Assembly (NCBI GenBank): GCA_002269645.1
Contig: NIVC01001924.1
Span: 157,293-221,292 of the forward strand
Length of the DNA stretch: 64,000 nt
Source of the DNA: Macrostomum lignano
Lineage: Eukaryota
Reading direction: 5' to 3'
Below are positions 58,701 to 64,000 of the stretch, one piece after another. Position numbers and translations under genes: made by a program. Each line of letters starts with the position of its first letter. The stretch's first letter is position 1. Under the pieces are notes generated by a model. It was not told the origin of the DNA. It saw nothing but the letters and a program-made list of their open reading frames with translations, and searched no databases.

Positions 58701-61700
58701 AGACAATTTGCCCGCCAGACAATTTGCCCGCCAGACAATTTGCCCGCCAGACAATTTGCCCGCCAGACAATTTGCCCGCCGCCCTATTTCACCTTGAATA
58801 GAACGGCGATCAAATTGTGGCGGTCAAATGTACTCGTAGATGTAGTAGACCCGGCGGCCGCCCCTTTGCCATGGCTGGACTTGCATATAAGGGGGGTAAA
58901 TTTTGAGCTTACTTTGGCTTTTTAGACCAAAACAAAAATTTGGGCAAATCTGCCCCCACTACTTTAAAAATCCTGAATTGACCACCAAATCGGACTCATC
59001 TAAATGAAAACTTAAGAATACAAGCAACATTGTACATGCGCTAGTGCTTAAGTAGTGGAGTATTAAAAAATATATTTTTTGTTGCGTTGATTTCGAAGAT
59101 CAAAAGGTATTACTTATAAGTAGGTAGGCTAAAACGCACACTTTTGCGTTCACATCCAATTTCTGAAGTGTATGAAACTCAGAAAAATTTGCACGAGTCG
59201 CCTATACCCCACTTTGGAGCTTGCAGCAATTTTTCAAAGAGATGGCTGCTCAAAGGGTTAAAAGTTCAAGTTAGCTGTAGTATGAGGATTGGTCAATGCA
59301 AATAAATAATGAGCTCATTATACAAGAAAATAATTAATAAGGATATCAATAGTTCGCCCCACTGTCCACTGCACGTACTGAAAGGCGTACTGTCAGGTTC
59401 GAGCACAAAAACACCCGAAACTAAAAAAATCAACTTTAAAAATTCTGCTCTTTACATAATTTCCTCACAAAAATATTTCATACGTACAAAGAAGAAAACC
59501 TACAAACTTTTATCTTGCGGGATGGGGCGTACCCTTGAGGGCCGCCGGGGCGCCGGCCTAGAGGGTACGCCCCAATTTTTCTAACCACTGGGTAAAGATA
59601 GCATAAATTAATTTGAATGGCGAAACTTCGGCCTCTTTAAAAATTCGAATTACTTGTTGCGACTCCATCCAAGCCTGGGCCTGCGGCACTGTGTCAAACT
59701 CCACAAAGGCGAATCCGCGCGATTGTCCTGAATTAATTAAGGAGAAAGGGTTGGTGGTCGGGGGAGCGGCGACCGGGTCGGTTAAATTGCTCAGTGATTC
59801 GTTGATTCATTGATTGATTGATTGACTGACTGATTGACTGATTTTTGCCATTTTTGCGTCGCTCCAACAGGCAGGTAGATCCGGGATCCGAGATAGCTCC
59901 CTATACTACTTACCAGCGATAGCGTGATTAGTTTTGCAAAAGTATATCGAAACACCTGGTGCAGAAAACTTATACAGGTAATACTGATATTGTTAATCCC
60001 TCAGTTACAGAAGTGGACCTAACCTGTCTTTTTATCTCGAACCAGCCGAATCTCCTTGGACAGGATGCTGTCTTGGGCCAGACGGGCGCAGATCTGCAAT
60101 TGTTTGTCACAGAGTTGCTGCTTTACGCTCGCATAAGGTAAGCCACTCATTAGTGCATCACATTCCAGCATATAGATCCCAGCCTTGAGAACCCAACCAT
60201 ACATGCGCAACTGCTGGCCGACCTGGCCGATCCGGCCACCGTAAATCGTGGCTGACCAGGGGTAAGTCGCAAAATTGAGTCAACCAAAAACAGAAAAACA
60301 CAAGAACCAAGAAAGGCAAGAGGAAAGCGAAAGAAAGAGCAGTTCAGGGAAAATAATGAAGCAAAAGAAAAACGATTCGCAAAAGAAGCAAACTAAGTTG
60401 TAAAAATAATCAGGTAAGTCGCAAAAAGGATCAGGTAAGTCGCAAAAGGATTAAGTAAGTCGCAAAAAGGATTAAGTAAGTCGCAAAAAGGATTAGGTAA
60501 GTCACAAAGGGTTAGGTAAGTCGCAAAGGGTTAGGTAAGTCGCAAAAGGATTAAGTAAGTCGCAAAAAGGATTAAGTAAGTCGCAAAAAGGATTAGGTAA
60601 GTCGCAAAAGGGTTAGGTAAGTCGCAAAAGGATTAGGTAAGTCGCAAAAAGGATTAAGTAATTCGCAAAAGGATTAGGTAAGTCGCAAAAGAAGCAACTA
60701 AGTCGCAATAAGAGGGAAGTAAGTCACAATCAGAGGCAATCAGGGGTAGTAGGTGCAAGTGTGGCAGGAGAGCAAAAACAGAATAGAAGCCTTCAACCAC
60801 AGACAAGATCTTTGAAATCAGAAGCCCGCGTCATTTCTTAAACTCTGGAGCAGGGGTTGGCAAACTCCGGCTCGCGAAGCCCCTCTATCTGGCCCTCGCC
60901 CTCGGGTTCTTTGAAACTTCCTAACTACGAGTAGCAAGGTTGGTGTCTCTTCAACTCTCATCTCTCTCTTCTTCTCTACCTTGCCTCCCCTCTTCTCTCT
61001 CTCCCCTTTTCCCTCTTCTCTCTCCTCTCATTTTTACTCTCCTCTCTTCTCCCCTTTCTCTCTACCCTTTCTCCTCAATGCCCTCTTCTCTCCTCTTATC
61101 TTCAGCAAAAATATGTGCATATTTTCTTACTTCAAAGTAGAGGGAATAGAAGATTAGAGATAAGCAAACAGAGGAGAGGCGAGCGATGCGATGGGAGAAA
61201 AGATAGAAGAGGAGAGAAAAGCTGAGGGAGGAAAGAGATGAGAGAGAAGAGGAGATTAGAGGAAAGAGGAAAGAAAAGATGATGGATAAGATCAGAAGAG
61301 AGGAAAGAGGAAAGAGGAGAGAGTAGATGAGAGAAGAGAGGATAAAGAGGAGATGAGAGGAGAGTGAAGAGAGGAGAGATGAGAGAGTAGAAAAGAGAGG
61401 AGAGATAATGAGAGAGTAGAGTGGAGAGAGACGAGAGGGAAGATAAGATGAGAGAGTAGAGTAGAGTGGAATGGAGAGAGACGAGAGGAGAGATAAGAAT
61501 GTAGAGAGGAGACAGAAGAGATAGGAGAGGAGAGGAAAGAGAGAAGGGATAAGGGATGAGAGAGAAAAGAAAAAGAGGATGAGAAGATTGAGGAATGGAG
61601 AGAATTTGCAAAGGCCTCAAATCTTAGTTTAACATGCATTACTCCCATCTTTGCCTTTTTCCTAACTGTTAACAAGTTTTTGTTTGAGCATGACTTCAAA

Positions 61701-62939
61701 TTTAGAATCTATGCAAAAATAGTTCCGGGAATTAGAATTCAGTGGTTTAAAAATCTGTGGGTTTTCACAGCTTGTATCTCTACTGGATTCGTATTCTGCA
61801 TCTGATGAGCCATCTGAATCAGGGCTCTCATCTTCCATGCCAAATCGTCTAGCAAATCGTTCTTGAGCTATAGGTCACACTGTATTCACTTCACTTACTT
61901 CTGGACATTCATGAATCATGACTTTTGTAGTATGCTCACTACACTGTACTGACAATTTACTAATTGCTTCATGCCGCCACTAGATGACACTGATTAGCTG
62001 TTATAAAAACGCGGAATCTGCACGCAGCACTAATTAGCTGGCGAGGCATTTAGCTTTAAAAATATGGTCATAGTTACTCCTGCCGTTTACCTAAAGTTTT
62101 TGCTTGGCTCTTTCATAGGTAAGTCGCATTTTTTATCGAAAACTAAGTCGCACGGCCAGCGTAATTTCAGAAGTTGCGCATGTATGAACCCAACTCACAA
62201 ACAGGATGCCATATCCTTGAGAACCCAACTCACAGACAGGATGCCATATCCTTGAGAACCCAACTCACAGACAGGATGCCATATCCTTGAGAACCCAACT
62301 CACAGACAGGATGCCATATCCTTGAGAACCCAGCTCACAGACAGGATCCCATCCTTGAGAATCCAACTCCCAAAGGAGATCCCATCCTTCAAGAATCCAA
62401 CATCGATAACTCAAAAAGCCATCAGCGCTCACCATATCCTCGGTCACAGCGTCTGGCAGGCCGCGAACCATCACGGTAGTAGTCGGCTCGCCCCAGGACA
62501 AGCTGCCACCCAAGTCCCGATCCCAGTCACGGTCCCGATTCCGATCCCGGTCACGCGATCTGGACCGGTCGCGATCTCTTCTTCGTTCTCTATCCCGGTC
62601 TCTATCTGTATCTCGATCTCTATCCCGGTCTCTATCGTGCCTATGCGATCGATATTTCCTACGTCGGCTGCGGCTACGACTTCGGCTGCGACTTCTAGTC
62701 CGACTGCGGGAACGACTGCGACGCCGTCGGCGACGATCCCGACCTCTTGATCGGCTGCGGCTGCGACTGCCGCTTCGGGTTCGAGTTCGTCGACTGCTGC
62801 TAGACGGCCGAGCGTCGGGATCTGCGACAGCGGCAGCTTCTTCACCGCCGTTATTCGCGTTGGCATTGCTGGATAACTCGTCCTCTCGCGATGGAGATTT
62901 ACTATTGTAAGTAGTATGCTGTGAAGATGCTTCTGCCAT
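39507..62939 (-). CDS. RBM5: RBM5/RBM10-family splicing factor (961 aa); exons 62939-62433, 60093-60024, 59727-59654, 47500-47396, 46823-46456, 44730-44212, 43410-42741, 40079-39507
   Basis: RS-rich N-terminus; RRM1 (VMVRGLP...SRGFAFVEF); RanBP2 ZnF ([21 protein letters not shown]); RRM2; OCRE ([19 protein letters not shown]); KDMERWA; C2H2 ZnF ([24 protein letters not shown]); YRDRAKERR; G-patch. All introns GT-AG and frame-consistent. Alternative acceptor 43446 is possible; RBM5 versus RBM10 orthology is not resolvable here. Confidence 0.92.
40135..42712. repeat. About 25-31-bp minisatellite C(C/A)GATGCTTCAGTGGG(CG/AA)CCTCCTC, fills the last RBM5/10 intron
   Basis: Same family as 32468-33222; contains a 628-bp higher-order duplication (41219 vs 41847). 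Confidence 0.97.
43455..44150. repeat. 29-bp minisatellite GAAATTCCCTCATTTCAGATTCCCTAGTT
   Basis: Direct reading; fills an intron. Confidence 0.93.
44745..46390. repeat. 20-bp minisatellite GGGATCACGGGTGCTCAGTG
   Basis: Direct reading; fills an intron. Confidence 0.97.
46870..47250. repeat. 20-bp minisatellite GATTATCAAGTGTCTGGGGT
   Basis: Direct reading; fills most of an intron. Confidence 0.95.
47980..48760. repeat. 34-bp minisatellite GTACACAAAGAATGAGTCTGCACTGAGAACAACC, preceded by a GA-rich tract
   Basis: Direct reading. Confidence 0.97.
49561..52522 (-). CDS. Transposon accessory gene (782 aa, BEN/DUF4806-like by resemblance); exons 52522-52337, 52249-52094, 51931-51146, 51016-50812, 50702-49945, 49818-49561
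   Basis: Six exons join in one open frame over GT-AG introns; includes an EA-repeat acidic tract, a helical domain ending [11 protein letters not shown], and 18-aa tandem repeats. Domain name is inference. Confidence 0.7.
49970..50545. repeat. 54-bp coding tandem repeat ([18 protein letters not shown])n in the accessory gene
   Basis: Period 54, in frame with the exon 50702-49945 reading frame. Confidence 0.9.
52887..54914 (+). CDS. CACTA/EnSpm/Mirage (CMC)-type DDE transposase, 675 aa, uninterrupted
   Basis: VNFDGLPLY...[61 protein letters not shown] motifs typical of animal CMC transposases. Confidence 0.88.
   Translation: MTRQLRRQANKDLLGLFMEGEQEALEDIALQEKKRKVFEADDSGRVAGFIASESSVAEVNEGTDPDLDNDNGSYPDFDEFARVCSDEDEEIDKKEDDRSLEDKIFALLVVYFSCFNLSRGSKKFLVDGLRDIGLPAPKSVNSIEAVINAGDPTEKLEPMGKGHFRYISILKNLELMFRKNQLHMKPEYLQHDSETEKVYKIEAIVNFDGLPLYRASHFGLWPILMSIPSIFSRPFPVAVWAGCGKPPLNDYLRQFCDEAKRFLTGPIKIIENLSISFSTIRFVCDAPARAWVSVTQGHMSYVGCMYCRATGPYTDNRVTFSTSVGESRSSQQYREGKESNQENKKIALSPLLNLPNISFVDAFPPDYQHAVCLGVTRKLFYLFFDKSNGKKCLVYPGPMSLLGDRITMAAGWTPSNFQRRPRKIDLELKHMKATEFRQYLLYLGPVLFKGILNEERYNHFLYLHFAIYAYSNERYSKWWTQAKTCIEVFVERAAHLYGQKFISFNLHTILHLDEFVRKLGSLNNFSTFPFENFLGSVKRRVKVTRHMAAHSVKQVLRVRDLLLNEQRIPPLKFSTKRGDNCCIIDKVCVLIEAVSEANQVTGRILHPVDNIYANPYPSLRLGIGLYRMTSGVLTGTPERKCWILPANLLANLAGADRDPASHFFVIPLTGDSEEA
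55685..55732. repeat. (TA)n microsatellite
   Basis: Direct reading. Confidence 0.98.
56614..56695 (+). mobile_element. hAT-like terminal fragment (CAGGGGTCAGCAAAC...)
   Basis: CAGGGGT.GCAAAC terminus typical of hAT/Charlie-like elements; homologous fragment at 60851-60925. Confidence 0.45.
56816..57005. mobile_element. 190-bp hAT MITE
   Basis: 15-bp TIR CAGTGGCGCAACCAG / CTGGTTGCCCTACTG (2 mismatches); 8-bp TSD CTTGCTCC at 56808-56815 and 57006-57013. Confidence 0.9.
57344..57462 (-). mobile_element. Truncated inverted copy of the 56816-57005 MITE
   Basis: Aligns by eye to the reverse complement of about 56885-57005. Confidence 0.75.
57881..58825. repeat. 16-bp homogeneous satellite (GACAATTTGCCCGCCA)n enclosed by 15-bp inverted repeats
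   Basis: About 55 near-identical units; GACCGCCACAATTTG at 57881-57895 and its reverse complement at 58811-58825. Confidence 0.92.
60410..60725. repeat. About 21-bp minisatellite (A/G)GTAAGTCGCAAAA(A)GGATTA
   Basis: Direct reading. Confidence 0.9.
60851..60925 (+). mobile_element. hAT-like terminal fragment (CAGGGGTTGGCAAAC...)
   Basis: Homologous to 56614-56695. Confidence 0.45.
61140..61610. repeat. GA-rich low-complexity purine tract
   Basis: Direct reading. Confidence 0.9.
62200..62400. repeat. 35-bp minisatellite GAGAACCCAACTCACAGACAGGATGCCATATCCTT
   Basis: Period 35; begins about 30 nt after the RBM5/10 first coding-exon donor. Confidence 0.9.
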
Positions 62940-63019
62940 ACTGCGGTGTTGCATGCAATGCAATTAAAATTAACTGAGCAGCTGACACTTTGGGAGGCTG
63001 GAAAAGCAAATGGGGATCT

Positions 63020-64000
63020 GGGAAACTGGCCCAGAAACTGGGGATCTGGGAAACTGGCACAGAAACTGGGGATCTGGGAGGCTGGCCCAGCAACTGAGGA
63101 TCCGGGAGGCTGCCCCAGCAACTGGGGATCTGGGAGGCTGGCCCAGCAACTGAGGATCTGGGAAGCTGGCCAGAAACTGGGATCTGGGAGGCTGGCCTGG
63201 CCCAGCAACTGGGATCTGGGAGGCTCCCTGGCAACTGAGGATCTGGGAGCTGGCCCAGCAACTGAGGATCTGGGAGGCTGGCCCAGCAACTGGGGATCTG
63301 GGAGGCTGGCCCAGCAACTGGGGATCTGGGAGGCTGGCCCAGCAACTGGGGATCTGGGAAGCTGGCCCAGCAACTGGGGATCTGGGAAGCTGGCCCAGCA
63401 ACTGGGGATCTGGGAGGCTGGCGCCAGCAACTGGGGATCTGGAAGGCTGGCCCAGCAACTGGGGATCTGGGAGGCTGGCCCGAAACTGGGGATCTGGGAG
63501 GCTGCCCAGCAACTGGGGATCTGGGAGGCTGGCCCAGCAACTGGGGATCTGGGGCTGCCCAGCAAACTGGGATCTGGGAGGCTGGCCTGGCCCAGCAACT
63601 GGGGATCTGGGAAGCTGGCCCAGCAACTGGGGATCTGGGAGGCTGGCTGGCCCAGCAACTGGGGATCTGGGAAGCTGGCCCAGCAACTGGATCTGGGAGG
63701 CTGGCCCAGCAACTGGATCTGGGAGGCTGCCCAGCAACTGGGATCTGGGAGGCTGGCCCAGCAACTGGGATCTGGGAGCTGGCCCAGAAACTGAGGATCT
63801 GGGAGGCTGGCTGGCCAGCAACTGGGGATCTGGGAGGCTGGCCCAGCAACTGAGGATCTGGGAAGCTGGCCCAGAACTGATCTGGGAGGCTGGCCCAGCA
63901 ACTGGGATCTGGGAAGCTGGCCCAGCAACTGGGGATCTGGAAGCTGGCCCAGCAACTGAGGATCTGGAAGCTGGCCCAGCAACTGAGGATCTGGGAGGCT
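63020..64000. repeat. About 25-28-bp minisatellite GGATCTGGGAGGCTGGCCCAGCAACTGG, runs off the window end
   Basis: Direct reading. Confidence 0.95.

Larger units (their letters stand above)
48982..59592. mobile_element. 10.6-kb CACTA/EnSpm (CMC)-type DNA transposon inside an RBM5/10 intron
   Basis: Termini CCCAGTGG (48982-48989) and CCACTGGG (59585-59592); TA immediately outside both ends; GGGGCGC/GGGGCGT/GGTACGCCC subterminal motifs clustered at both ends; carries a CMC-type transposase and a divergent second gene. Confidence 0.75.

Noticed and set aside
60410-60725. Array of GGTAAGT 5' splice-site consensus motifs
   Set aside because: They are on the strand antisense to RBM5/10, and no plus-strand gene is evident here.

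Overview
Eukaryotic (animal) genomic DNA, not prokaryotic: GC-rich exons split by GT-AG introns that are largely filled with minisatellites. The style (poly-Ala/Gln exons, satellite-filled introns) would fit a flatworm such as Macrostomum, but that is inference only. Host genes reconstructed by hand: a globin (exons 2-3; globin X-like), two head-to-head copies of the mitochondrial citrate carrier SLC25A1, a couch potato/MEC-8/RBPMS RRM gene that appears to stop inside its second RRM, and a complete 8-exon RBM5/RBM10 gene on the minus strand. Mobile DNA: a 10.6-kb CACTA/EnSpm(CMC)-type element with an intact transposase plus a divergent 6-exon accessory gene, sitting in an RBM5/10 intron; a 1.6-kb Ginger1-like element with an intron-containing integrase-type transposase and CCGG target duplication; a decayed mariner; an RTE-like LINE fragment; hAT MITEs; tRNA-derived SINE heads; and a 921-bp structured non-coding insertion with a 19-bp target duplication. 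More than 20 distinct tandem arrays are present, and most long ORFs in the supplied track are artefacts of them. The most notable observations are the inverted SLC25A1 pair (near-identical inner arms, diverged 3' ends), the two-gene EnSpm-type element, the Ginger1-like element and the one-intron-one-satellite architecture. All identity and copy-number figures are counted by eye.
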